DNA of 47,444 nt from Nanobdellota archaeon. GTDB taxonomy: Archaea; Nanobdellota; Nanobdellia; Parvarchaeales; Parvarchaeaceae. The notes under the pieces are model-generated. The model saw nothing but the letters and a program-made list of their open reading frames with translations. It had not been told where the DNA came from and did not search any database. The DNA is taken from the NCBI GenBank assembly GCA_021851145.1, contig JAJZJK010000002.1:1-47444 (forward strand), read 5' to 3'. The stretch's first letter is position 1, and every line of letters begins with the position of its first letter. The translations under genes were made by a program, and so were the position numbers. Positions 15,809 through 25,174 of this stretch are shown here, piece by piece.

Positions 15809-16360
15809 ATGATGGATTTAGACGCCATAATTGAAGATAAAGCTCATTATCCTACAAATAAGGGGCTAAGACATTATCTTGGGAATGCCATTTCTGGACT
15901 AAAAAATATTTATAATAACAATTTGGCCGTTAAATTTCAGCTTCTTTACGAAAGTGCCGCGTTTTTTTCAGACAAAATTCTTACGTATTTTGGGTTAGAA
16001 TATGCCCAAGGCTCGGAAGGAAATCCGATTCTGTCAAAATCATTTAGCTATATGGGTATAATGCCATCTGCAATAGGATCATATTTGGCATTAAATATGC
16101 TTGTTTATTTTTTATCTTCCAAATCTCATGATTTTCTAAAGTTGACTAATAAACAATTACTCGGGGGATTGTATGTGGCTATCGGAGGGGAGGAATCGTT
16201 GGTTTCATTGCATAATTACCTCTCAATTAACAATTATAATGATGTAATAGCTAAAATGACTTATACTCAATTTATTTTACCGACTGCTATTTTTTGTGCA
16301 TTTCCTTTCGCATATTACTGGGCAAAAAACTACCTGCAAAGCAAAAAAGCTAAGAAATAG
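15809..16360 (+). CDS. membrane protein (4-5 TM), function unknown
   Basis: Hydrophobic segments with an EGNPILS loop. TATA aaatttataagc at about -24. Confidence 0.55.
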   Translation: MMDLDAIIEDKAHYPTNKGLRHYLGNAISGLKNIYNNNLAVKFQLLYESAAFFSDKILTYFGLEYAQGSEGNPILSKSFSYMGIMPSAIGSYLALNMLVYFLSSKSHDFLKLTNKQLLGGLYVAIGGEESLVSLHNYLSINNYNDVIAKMTYTQFILPTAIFCAFPFAYYWAKNYLQSKKAKK

Positions 16361-16361
16361 A

Positions 16362-17228
16362 TTATACATCAAATTCCAAATTGAATACAGATAAATTACT
16401 AGATTTTTCTAGAGGCTTTAATTTAGGGATGTATTTTCCTGAAACATGCACAGTTACGCTTTTGAATCCGTCAACAATTGCCAAGTAGCCTTGTTTGTTT
16501 ATAACCCTGTCTGTGGAGGTATTTCCACAGGAAGATAATACTTGTAAGTCTAAATTATCTACTCCATATTTTTTGAGTATGCCAGAATCTGCACAGATTT
16601 CAACAGAAGCAGTTATGCCTTTAAAGTTTATTGTAGGGGTTTTACCATAAGACAAAGAATAATTCTCTTTCTCATGTTTATTATAGGGATAAAGCTCTAA
16701 TGCGTTTTCTAGGTTGAATCTAGAGCCGAGTCCATCATTGAATTTATATATATTTTTAACTATTTTTCCATTTCTCAGTATTGGCATAACATTATAAAGT
16801 ACTCTATTCTCATCATAAAACATAGCGGTTCCAGGGAAAATAAGCATATCCGAGCCCTTACTTGCATCCATAGCATCATTTAACAAGCTTTGGTACTCTC
16901 TTTTTGAGTAAGGTATACTTGGAATTTCATCAAATCTTTCAAATCCATCTTCTAATTCCTCATCAAGTATTCTTCTTGCATCTCTAGGTGCATATTTGAT
17001 ATTATCTGGAGCATTGAATAGCGTGTTTATTACTGCTTCTGCCTCCCTATTTTTTGCTGTTTTTTTAGTGTATAAACTAGGGCTACAAGTCAAACTCCAT
17101 TCCGGACCTATTAGAATATCTAAATCTTTATCCTTGGCTTTTTGTATATTATCAATTACGCTGTAAGGATTACCATATTCACTAGTCTCTATATTATTCA
17201 TTGCTCCCAAAAGCATATCCATTTTCAT
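16362..17228 (-). CDS. divergent carbon-nitrogen hydrolase (nitrilase superfamily)-like protein, paralog of 28554..29348
   Basis: Candidate E-K-C triad: LDILIGPEW (Glu), IYKFNDG (Lys), VEICADSG (Cys). The blocks LIFPGTA, YNVMPILRNGKI and NLDLQVLSSCG are shared with the paralog. Confidence 0.5.
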   Translation of the reverse strand: MKMDMLLGAMNNIETSEYGNPYSVIDNIQKAKDKDLDILIGPEWSLTCSPSLYTKKTAKNREAEAVINTLFNAPDNIKYAPRDARRILDEELEDGFERFDEIPSIPYSKREYQSLLNDAMDASKGSDMLIFPGTAMFYDENRVLYNVMPILRNGKIVKNIYKFNDGLGSRFNLENALELYPYNKHEKENYSLSYGKTPTINFKGITASVEICADSGILKKYGVDNLDLQVLSSCGNTSTDRVINKQGYLAIVDGFKSVTVHVSGKYIPKLKPLEKSSNLSVFNLEFDV

Positions 17229-17291
17229 TTTGTCTATTAGAAAGTAGATAATATTAATATCTTACCATTTTTATGACTAAATTTTATCCTT

Positions 17292-17933
17292 TTAAGGAGG
17301 GACTGCAAGGTGCGAAGGAACTGCTGCTGCTCCAATGTATGCTGCAAGCAAAGACCCTAATGTCAAGAAAAGTAGAAATACTAGAATAAATATAATCCAG
17401 TTTCTGTTTAATGGTTTATTACTACCATTATCCCTATACTTATCAAATATTAAAGCAGTTGGATATGCAAATATCCCTGCAATACCAAACGCAGTGTATA
17501 ACCCAAGCAAAGCTAATGGAGCACTTGTGTAACCTAAGTTATAACCGGATATGCCGTATTCTATTAAAACTAAACCCATAAATAAAGCGACTAACCCTAC
17601 ATACTGTAATTTTTGATTATATTTAACTGATAACACGAATCCTAATGCAAGTATACCTGCCATTATAAATGGATCATAAAATAATAAGTCGTATGCACCT
17701 GGTAAATTCCAAGTCATCTCTCCATAAAAGCCCATTACTAGTATAAAAACAGCTATGGCAGCAAACATATATATTGAATTCTGTAAATGTGATTCAATGC
17801 TTAATTTTGAATTAGATTTATTTATATACCTGGCTCTATAATCTCTATACATGCCTAAAACCGTATAATCTAGAAGGAATCCCGAGAAAGCGACAAAGAA
17901 CAACTCCAATGCCAATTCATCAACGAATCCCAT
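17292..17933 (-). CDS. polytopic membrane protein (about 6 TM), downstream of cytochrome b
   Basis: Strongly hydrophobic 213-aa ORF on the same strand, 54 nt after the cytochrome b gene. Confidence 0.6.
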   Translation of the reverse strand: MGFVDELALELFFVAFSGFLLDYTVLGMYRDYRARYINKSNSKLSIESHLQNSIYMFAAIAVFILVMGFYGEMTWNLPGAYDLLFYDPFIMAGILALGFVLSVKYNQKLQYVGLVALFMGLVLIEYGISGYNLGYTSAPLALLGLYTAFGIAGIFAYPTALIFDKYRDNGSNKPLNRNWIIFILVFLLFLTLGSLLAAYIGAAAVPSHLAVPP

Positions 17934-17986
17934 ATCGCTTATAGCTTTTTTGCATTTATAAATAAGAAGTAACCAATAAGTTACTA

Positions 17987-19417
17987 TTATTTCGTTTTCT
18001 TTCTCATCTCTGGATTTGTATACTTATTCCAAAATAGTTTGTAAAGCTTTAGTTTATCAGGCAGTTCATTTAAGTAAGGTATGAATGGGAAAAATAATAG
18101 GATAAGAAATGCAATCATTGCTACTAGCCCATTCTCTAAATCATTCCACCAAGGTATGTTGGCAGTTTCTATCTCAAGTATATTATAAGGAATTAACCAA
18201 TACTCTATAGACCAAGGGGGTGAACCCACTTTTAACATTCCCCATTGGGCAGTCCTTAAACCGTCTTTAGTTGCTGCATTTGTCAACGCGCCAGTATCAT
18301 ACAAAAATCTTAAAACATAAGTCTCATCTAAGCCGCTGCTGCTCTCATTTTGCACAACAAGCTGATATTCACCAGATTCAGCCATTTTAGTTAAACTTGC
18401 TGTTGCGGAGATAAGAGGATTTTGTGAGTTTATTGCGTTAGAAATTGAGCCGTTATTACTGAAGTAAGCATATGCCTGAATAAACTGCGAATTTTGCTGT
18501 GATGAATTCTCATTGAAAAATGTTGAAAGTTCATTTGTTTTATTTGTAAAAGTCACATAAGAAGAATAAGGAACTGTAAAGTAGACTGATCTTGTACTAA
18601 AGGTGTAAGGATCTATACTGTCTAAGTAAGTAGCAGTGCCCGATGAGAAATTAAATTCCTGCAGAAGAGTAGTTGCAATCCCAGATGGATTAGAGTTTGC
18701 AGCCTGGCTTATAGTTAATGGCGCTATGTACGGAGAACTAAATACCAATGCAAATGCTATAATGATTGCAAGGATATAAATCATTCTTCTATACATTTTT
18801 TTATGGTCAGCTTTTACCATCTTATAAGGTATATCCTTTCTATAAGGTTTGCTTAGCCCGTCTTTTTTCACCAAAGAATAATGCATAAATATCAATAGAA
18901 GAAGAAGTATCGGAATAATTGCTACGTGCCAGCCTAAAACTGCTCCCTGATTTAAAGGATTTACCCAAAATCCTAAACCCAAGCCATTCCATAAATCTGC
19001 ACCAGCCTTGTCGTTCCACTGTGAAAGCAGACCGCCTTGAACTCCTATACCAAAGGCAAATTCTAGTAAGACAAGGAACAATATTATGCTTCCAATTATC
19101 CAAACAAGCTTTTTCTTTCTAAAAGCAGAAGTTGAAAAATTTACGAACAAGTGTATAAACATTAAGGTTACAAACGCTTCTGCTGCCCATAAGTGCACAC
19201 TTCTGAAAAAGGTTCCTATAGCAGTTGTATCCCACCAAAAAGGCCCAAAAATCAGCATTACCATGCCGCTTATAGCTAATATCACAAACAACTCTAACAG
19301 GTATATGCCTATAGTAAAAAAGAAGCTATTTCCATAGGAGGGGACATAATTTATGTATTGGTCATGCATTAGATTTGTCAAGGGCTTAAAAAATGAGCTA
19401 ATTTTCTTTTTGTCCAT
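17987..19417 (-). CDS. cytochrome b (b6-type di-haem core) with large extracytoplasmic insertion and PEWY-like C-terminal segment
   Basis: Helix B is RSVHLWAAEAFVTLMFIHLF (H-x13-H). Helix D is GWHVAIIPILLLLLIFMHY (H-x14-H, the b6 spacing). Also VW..G...L.FAFG. A ~190-aa Ser/Asn/Thr-rich segment with sequons follows, then SIEYWLIPYNIL (compare PEWYFxPxxxIL) and a final TM. Confidence 0.8.
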   Translation of the reverse strand: MDKKKISSFFKPLTNLMHDQYINYVPSYGNSFFFTIGIYLLELFVILAISGMVMLIFGPFWWDTTAIGTFFRSVHLWAAEAFVTLMFIHLFVNFSTSAFRKKKLVWIIGSIILFLVLLEFAFGIGVQGGLLSQWNDKAGADLWNGLGLGFWVNPLNQGAVLGWHVAIIPILLLLLIFMHYSLVKKDGLSKPYRKDIPYKMVKADHKKMYRRMIYILAIIIAFALVFSSPYIAPLTISQAANSNPSGIATTLLQEFNFSSGTATYLDSIDPYTFSTRSVYFTVPYSSYVTFTNKTNELSTFFNENSSQQNSQFIQAYAYFSNNGSISNAINSQNPLISATASLTKMAESGEYQLVVQNESSSGLDETYVLRFLYDTGALTNAATKDGLRTAQWGMLKVGSPPWSIEYWLIPYNILEIETANIPWWNDLENGLVAMIAFLILLFFPFIPYLNELPDKLKLYKLFWNKYTNPEMRKKTK

Positions 19418-19465
19418 ATCCTATATTATTACAATAACGGCAGTCTCAGCTATTAAAAGCTAAAT

Positions 19466-19861
19466 TTATAAGTCTTTTTCCACTTTTATAGGATAACTAC
19501 CCTGTAGGTTATTACCATTTGGGCCTTTTTCGCATGTTCTACAGTCTTTTATACCCTCTTCTAACCCATTGCATTTAATTTTATTCTTAAAGGATTCAAA
19601 TATGGAAGCAAGCTCCTTCCCATCATTTGTCGTTTTATACTCACTTCTTTTCATTTTATTACTGTAAGATACACTTTTTGTTATGAGGCCTGTTTTTATC
19701 AGGTCATTTAATGCTTTATTCAAAGTTTTAGGATAAATCTTAGAATTTAAAGAAAGAAGCTTATCAAAATTTATCCCTTCATTGTTAATTATCTCTTCCA
19801 GTATTGTTGCATCCCATTTTTTCCCAAGAACGTTTAAAAGATCTATCGTGCTGCATGTCAT
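19466..19861 (-). CDS. HxlR-family winged-helix transcription regulator
   Basis: LNVLGKKWDATILEEII...FDKLL...IYPKTLNKALNDLIKTGLI...YKTTNDGKEL. There is an extra Cys-containing tail, CNGLEEGIKDCRTCEK. Confidence 0.7.
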   Translation of the reverse strand: MTCSTIDLLNVLGKKWDATILEEIINNEGINFDKLLSLNSKIYPKTLNKALNDLIKTGLITKSVSYSNKMKRSEYKTTNDGKELASIFESFKNKIKCNGLEEGIKDCRTCEKGPNGNNLQGSYPIKVEKDL

Positions 19862-19892
19862 ACATCTTATTGGTTTTTTGTGTTTTAATGTC

Positions 19893-20792
19893 TTAATTTA
19901 TCTTCTCTTCCTTGAAGTTGTAGCTGTTTACTTTGTCTTCGTTCTTTTTATGCTGCTTTGCTATCGGTTCAGTATAATATTTGCTTTCTAACCCGGAAAG
20001 AAAAGTTAAATCTTCTTCATTAAGTTTTATATCTATAGATTCAATGTTTTCTTTCATATGTTCTGTATTGCTTGCTTTTGGTATTGGAAAAGTATTCTCC
20101 CTGTGTAATAACCAGCTTATTGCAACCTGCGCTGCAGATTTTGAATATTTGCTGGCTACCTTATTTATGTCATTTAATAATTCAGGATTTTTGAATATCT
20201 TACCATGAGATAATGGGCTGTAAGCTATAACCGCAATGTGATTTTCCAAGCAGTACTCAAAAACACCAGTTTTTTCTATATCCCTAGTAACAATACTGTA
20301 TTCTACTTGATTAGAAGCTATCTCATATTTTTCCATTACTGACTGAGCTTCTTTCATCTCATCAAGTGAAAAATTACTTATCCCAATGTTTCTTATTTTT
20401 CCGTCCTCTCTTAATTTTTCCATTGCCTGCATTGTTTCTTTTATTTGAACAGATTTGTTGGGCCAATGTAATTGGTATAAATCTAAGTAATCTGTTCCTA
20501 TCTTCTTTAGGCTGGCTTCGCAGGCTTTTATGACATCATCATACTTGAAATGAGTGGGCCAAACCTTGCTTGCAATGAAAAGCTTATCTCTTTCGTAGCC
20601 TTTTATTGCTTCGCCTACAACATCTTCAGTATTATACATTTCCGCGGTATCTATGAAATTTACCCCGTTGTCTATTGCGTATTTTATACCCTTTATGTTT
20701 TCTACTCTGTCACTGCTAAGCTCCCAAGTGCCTACTCCAAGCGCAGATATTTTAGTATTTGTTTTATTGAATTCTTTCATTTCCATATTCAA
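19893..20792 (-). CDS. aldo-keto reductase
   Basis: GVGTWEL, FIDTAEMY (D, Y), SKVWP (K), LDLYQLHWP (H). Confidence 0.9.
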   Translation of the reverse strand: MNMEMKEFNKTNTKISALGVGTWELSSDRVENIKGIKYAIDNGVNFIDTAEMYNTEDVVGEAIKGYERDKLFIASKVWPTHFKYDDVIKACEASLKKIGTDYLDLYQLHWPNKSVQIKETMQAMEKLREDGKIRNIGISNFSLDEMKEAQSVMEKYEIASNQVEYSIVTRDIEKTGVFEYCLENHIAVIAYSPLSHGKIFKNPELLNDINKVASKYSKSAAQVAISWLLHRENTFPIPKASNTEHMKENIESIDIKLNEEDLTFLSGLESKYYTEPIAKQHKKNEDKVNSYNFKEEKIN

Positions 20793-20806
20793 ATAAGCTT
20801 CTTATT

Positions 20807-21058
20807 CTATTTATTGGTTTTCAATTTTACACTGATATGTACATCTCTAGCTATCTTTATAGTTGGGATTAAGAGTATCTGAAAACTGCCTAGAATAAAA
20901 AGGTACACCCCTATAGTGCTTAAGTGGCCAGGTAAAAATTCTATACTTCCCACTAGGAATTCAAGTCCTATCATAAAATCATTTATAAGACCTAATATCT
21001 TGTAATTTTTCTCAATGCCTTCCTTTATCTTATCACGATTCTTTTTAAAAGTCATCAA
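20807..21058 (-). CDS. small two-TM membrane protein (YrhK-like?)
   Basis: FLVGSIEFLPG...YLFILGSFQILLIPTIKIARD. The 4-nt overlap with the upstream isochorismatase-family gene suggests coupling. Confidence 0.5.
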   Translation of the reverse strand: MMTFKKNRDKIKEGIEKNYKILGLINDFMIGLEFLVGSIEFLPGHLSTIGVYLFILGSFQILLIPTIKIARDVHISVKLKTNK

Positions 21059-21639
21059 AGTGCCTTTATTATGTCTTCGGTTGATAACACATCAAAAAGC
21101 TTTTTCATATTTTGTAAGGATCTTTCATGTGCTTCTTTATCGCTTGAAGAGGATGAATCAGAGGCTACAGCTACATAAAAACCTCTATTAACCGCATCCC
21201 TAGCAGTTGATTCGACTCCTATTTCGGTTGCAATACCGCCAATTATAATTGTTTCAATTCCTGCATTTCTACACATTAAATCAAAATTAGTTCCGACAAA
21301 TATGCTAGCGGTGTTTTTATTTAGAGTTATTTCATTTTCTTTAGGTTCAATTGCTAAATCAAACATCTCTTTAGGCAACTGCGATAGATTAAACTTCATT
21401 TTGCCTGAGGAGTATTTCCTTGCAGGGGACTCAAATTCCTTTGGCAATGGCGTGATCTTTGTGAAGAAAACTGGCATTCCCTTGTTTCTTGCTGCTTCTA
21501 TCAACTCATTTATGTTTTTAAGAAATTCTTCTTTGTTGTATATGTTGTTTACCAGCATTTTTTGCACATCCCATACTATTAATGCAGTATGTTCTGGTTT
21601 TATTATCTCTTTTATTTCAGTGTAAACTTTCCTTTCCAT
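21055..21639 (-). CDS. isochorismatase-family hydrolase (Gly at the usual nucleophile Cys position)
   Basis: TALIVWDVQ (Asp), FFTKITP (Lys) and IIGGIATEIGVESTARDA, where cysteine-hydrolase members have T..CV. Confidence 0.8.
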   Translation of the reverse strand: MERKVYTEIKEIIKPEHTALIVWDVQKMLVNNIYNKEEFLKNINELIEAARNKGMPVFFTKITPLPKEFESPARKYSSGKMKFNLSQLPKEMFDLAIEPKENEITLNKNTASIFVGTNFDLMCRNAGIETIIIGGIATEIGVESTARDAVNRGFYVAVASDSSSSSDKEAHERSLQNMKKLFDVLSTEDIIKAL

Positions 21640-21717
21640 TACTTAATTAACTAGTTTTCATTTATAAGTTTTAACCTAAAAATAAGATTTATAACATATG
21701 TGTAAATAGTTACAAAC

Positions 21718-21727
21718 TTTTTATAAT
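21718..21727 (+). promoter_or_regulatory. TATA box for 21747..24461
   Basis: tttttataat is centred about 24 nt upstream of ATG 21747. Confidence 0.5.
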
Positions 21728-21746
21728 AAGGCAAGTAATCAGTATA

Positions 21747-24461
21747 ATGGATCTAAATAAAAACATACTTATAAAGGCTAATCCTGGAACAGGTAAAACT
21801 ACTTCATTGGCAAATAGAGTAATAGAGCTTATAAAGGAAGGCGTTAACGAGAAGGATATTCTGTGCTTGACATTTACAAATAAAGCAGTAGATGAAATGT
21901 TCGAAAAAATTGGGCAAAAACTAAAGGAAAACGGCCTAGAAATATCAAAAATAAATGGTATTACTATCTCTACCTTCCACAGCTTCTGCAATTCGTATTT
22001 TTCTCAAGAGGGAAAAGAATACGAGCTTGTAAGCAACAATTTTATAAGATTCGCTATATTCAAAAGCTTTGAAAACAATAATGCATTCAATTATGAGAGA
22101 GATTACATAATACAAGAGCTTATTCCTAAAATAGAAAATTCTATAAGGTACATTAAAAGCTTCGGGATAACACCAGAAGAAATAGATATTAAGGCAACTA
22201 AAAACGAGCTAATGAACAAATCTTTTTTGGAAAATATGAGCAGTATAAATATCGATGAGATACTAGCATTCCTTGATTATTTTCTTATTGCATTCAAAGA
22301 TTATGAAAGAGATAAAGGGGAAAATAAAATTGATTATAATGACCTTCTGAAGAGGTTTTTAATTGAGTATGATCCATTAAAAAGACATTACAAATATGTT
22401 TTAGTAGACGAGCTTCAGGACCTAAATGATGTAGAAGCCGAAATAGCAAGACTGTTAGGGGATTATCTATTCCTCGTAGGTGACAGAAAGCAGTCTATAT
22501 TTGGTTTTCAAGGAGGTAGTTTAAAGAATTTTGTTGAATTTCAGAAATTAAATAACCTAGAGCAGATGACAAAAGGATTAAATTACAGGAGTTATAGCGA
22601 AATACTAGAATATTCCAAGCAGTATTTTCTAAATAAAACAAAAGATAAAGGATACCAGGAAGAGCTTAGTGATTTCAAGAGTAATAAAGGCCCTGGCGGT
22701 AGCGTAAAACAAGTTGTGGGCAGTAATACAGACAATATTGCAATAAAAATTGCGACTGAATTGGTCTCTGAAGGAAAAAGCACGGCAATAATAACTAGGA
22801 CTAATGAGCAGATAATAAATATTTCACGCATACTAGACGCAAAAAATATACGATATGCAACAACTGCAAGTGCATCCGTTTCTAATAGGGCGAAAAACTC
22901 GATAATTGATTATCTAAAAGGAATATTTAATAGCGATGAAAAGGACATTTTAAAGGCATTATTTACACCTTTCTCGGGAGTTTCTCTTAAAAAGGCATTT
23001 GAAATCGAAGAAAAATACAGAAAAAAAGAGATTGACATGTCAGAAGTTAAAAAACTTGCAAGGCCTTTCTTTGAAAGGAAAGCATCGGCAGAATTAAACC
23101 TCTTTAATATAAACAAACTATTCAATGAAACAATACTGCCGATATCAGTAGCTTTAGATGATGATTATTACATAAGTGCAGCAGCAACACTGGAAAACAT
23201 AAACCAATACATGGATACAAACGAATTACCAAGTTTTTCAGATTTATTAGTCTATTTGTATGCCGCAGAAGACAGTTATGAATCAAATGATAAACCAGAA
23301 AGCCTTGTACTCACAACTGTGCATAAAGCAAAAGGGCTTGAATTTGACAATGTAGTGTATATACCAAAAAAACAGAACAATAAAACTAGCTATATTGATT
23401 TAGTTACAAATTCTATAATCAAACAAACTAAAGGGGTAGACATAAAAGAAGAATTGTCTGAAGAAAGTATACGTATAGATTTTGTGGCATTTACACGTGC
23501 AAGAGAAAAGCTATTTGTCGTAACTCCCCCTTCTTTGGCAGAGGATTATTATGTAGAGAATCTTATAGAAAAAAGCACAGATGAGATAGAAGATGAACCT
23601 GCGCCATACAAGAAAAAATACGCCGAAGCTTATTCACTTTTTGTAAATAAGGAATATGAAGCTGCAAAGGAACTGCTTGAAGAAAATGATAAATGGCTTA
23701 TTAAAAGAGTAAGTGACTACTTCAATCAACTTAAAGGTATATCTTTTTCGCTTTTAGATTCAATGTCTGACCCATTAAATTTTATAAAAAGAAATATTTT
23801 GGGAGTAAGGGAAGTTACTGAAAGCACAAAATTTGGCTTAAAGGCGCATAAAATTGCAGAGGACTATTTCAAGAATACACTAAAAGAAGAGGAATTAAAT
23901 GACACTCAAAAAAAGATACTGCAGAATATAATAAGCATAACCGAAGAGATAAAAAGAAAGTATAATTCTTCAGAGACAGAAGCTGAAAAATCCATTGAGA
24001 TGCCGCTTGAGGCTGTTTTTCCAGACATAAAAACTAATTTGAAGCTATCTGCAAAGCTTGATGCAATATTCTTAAATAAAGAAAAAAATAAATTCTTGAT
24101 AATAGACTTTAAGACCGATAGGTCAGATGACCAAGGCTCAAAGCATAGGAGACAGCTGGCATTGTATCGTAAGTTATTCTCTATAGAGAAAAAGATTGAC
24201 GAAAAGGAGATTGATACTGCCATAGCATACATAAATCTAACTGGCAAGATAAACACTGGAAAGTTTGAGTATGAACTCGACACTCAAAAAATAAAAGACA
24301 TGCAGATAGAAACAGTAAAAAAGCACATACTGCAATTATTAGAATACAAAGAAAATCCTGAAAAATTAATTGAGAAGGCAATTGAAAAATATTACTACTC
24401 TGATAGCTTAAGTGATGAGATATTCAAGAAACTTAAAGAAGAATATAGCCATTCAATGTAG
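21747..24461 (+). CDS. UvrD/PcrA/AddA-type superfamily-1 helicase fused to a C-terminal PD-(D/E)XK (RecB/Cas4-like) nuclease
   Basis: ANPGTGKTT (Walker A), LTFTNKA, VLVDELQD (motif II), LVGDRKQSIFGFQG (III), TVHKAKGLEFDNV and VAFTRAREKLFV (VI). The nuclease part is LSAKLDAIF...FLIIDFKTD...RRQLALYRKLF. Confidence 0.85.
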   Translation: MDLNKNILIKANPGTGKTTSLANRVIELIKEGVNEKDILCLTFTNKAVDEMFEKIGQKLKENGLEISKINGITISTFHSFCNSYFSQEGKEYELVSNNFIRFAIFKSFENNNAFNYERDYIIQELIPKIENSIRYIKSFGITPEEIDIKATKNELMNKSFLENMSSINIDEILAFLDYFLIAFKDYERDKGENKIDYNDLLKRFLIEYDPLKRHYKYVLVDELQDLNDVEAEIARLLGDYLFLVGDRKQSIFGFQGGSLKNFVEFQKLNNLEQMTKGLNYRSYSEILEYSKQYFLNKTKDKGYQEELSDFKSNKGPGGSVKQVVGSNTDNIAIKIATELVSEGKSTAIITRTNEQIINISRILDAKNIRYATTASASVSNRAKNSIIDYLKGIFNSDEKDILKALFTPFSGVSLKKAFEIEEKYRKKEIDMSEVKKLARPFFERKASAELNLFNINKLFNETILPISVALDDDYYISAAATLENINQYMDTNELPSFSDLLVYLYAAEDSYESNDKPESLVLTTVHKAKGLEFDNVVYIPKKQNNKTSYIDLVTNSIIKQTKGVDIKEELSEESIRIDFVAFTRAREKLFVVTPPSLAEDYYVENLIEKSTDEIEDEPAPYKKKYAEAYSLFVNKEYEAAKELLEENDKWLIKRVSDYFNQLKGISFSLLDSMSDPLNFIKRNILGVREVTESTKFGLKAHKIAEDYFKNTLKEEELNDTQKKILQNIISITEEIKRKYNSSETEAEKSIEMPLEAVFPDIKTNLKLSAKLDAIFLNKEKNKFLIIDFKTDRSDDQGSKHRRQLALYRKLFSIEKKIDEKEIDTAIAYINLTGKINTGKFEYELDTQKIKDMQIETVKKHILQLLEYKENPEKLIEKAIEKYYYSDSLSDEIFKKLKEEYSHSM

Positions 24462-24462
24462 T

Positions 24463-24657
24463 ATGATAGGAAAAGAGGATATTTTCTATGCTTTTTTCGC
24501 AGGTATAGCCTCACTTGTAAGTGCATTTTTAATAGTATACCTTATCTCTCCAAATCAATTTCAAAATAATCCCTCTATACTTTCAATAGCTTTGATAGTT
24601 GCAATAGAAATAATTGTTTTCTTTTCTTTCTTTTTTGCAATGAGAAGGTACAGTTAA
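24463..24657 (+). CDS. small two-TM membrane protein
   Basis: I prefer the internal ATG 24463 (MIGKEDIFYAFFAGIASLVSAF...), which begins 1 nt after the helicase stop. The track start at 24412 overlaps the helicase by 50 nt. Confidence 0.4.
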   Translation: MIGKEDIFYAFFAGIASLVSAFLIVYLISPNQFQNNPSILSIALIVAIEIIVFFSFFFAMRRYS

Positions 24658-24670
24658 TTTTTATGGTTCT

Positions 24671-25123
24671 TTACAACCAGTATTTGTTATTCCCTTTAAA
24701 TTTGTCATTGCTAACTTTACCGTTATACCTAGCTAAAAGACCATAGTTATTACTAGAAAGCTTATTAGACAGCTTTACAAAGTAATCATGTAATTTTGAA
24801 AGGTAACCTGTCTTTGTGGAATCAAATAATTTTTCCATTCCGTATTTTTCTGATAATTTATTCCATGCAGCCTTGTAATAATTATCTAAAAGCCTTTTTT
24901 CAGCATTTGAGTATAATCCTTCCAGTTTTGCTTCAACAAAATATACCAGATCTTTTGCCGTGTAATCTCCTGCAGTTTTAATTATTGCATTTGTGTAGTT
25001 CTCTATGTTTTTTTCTTTTTTGTAACTGTTTTTTATTCTTTCAAATGTGCTATCAAGTTCATAGTAGCCATCGCTTTCAAAATTATCTACATTTTTCTTT
25101 CCTAAAATATTATTTAGTTTCAT
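24671..25123 (-). CDS. hypothetical protein (150 aa)
   Basis: Clean ORF in otherwise non-coding space. No recognisable motif. Confidence 0.5.
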   Translation of the reverse strand: MKLNNILGKKNVDNFESDGYYELDSTFERIKNSYKKEKNIENYTNAIIKTAGDYTAKDLVYFVEAKLEGLYSNAEKRLLDNYYKAAWNKLSEKYGMEKLFDSTKTGYLSKLHDYFVKLSNKLSSNNYGLLARYNGKVSNDKFKGNNKYWL

Positions 25124-25174
25124 ATTTACCTAATCGTTATTAGATACTAATTAGTATTTAAAGCTTTATATTAC

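Noticed and set aside
17335-19337. Short ORFs 17335..17532, 18840..19103, 18919..19122 and 19086..19337
   Set aside because: All are embedded in or antisense to the 6-TM protein and cytochrome b genes.
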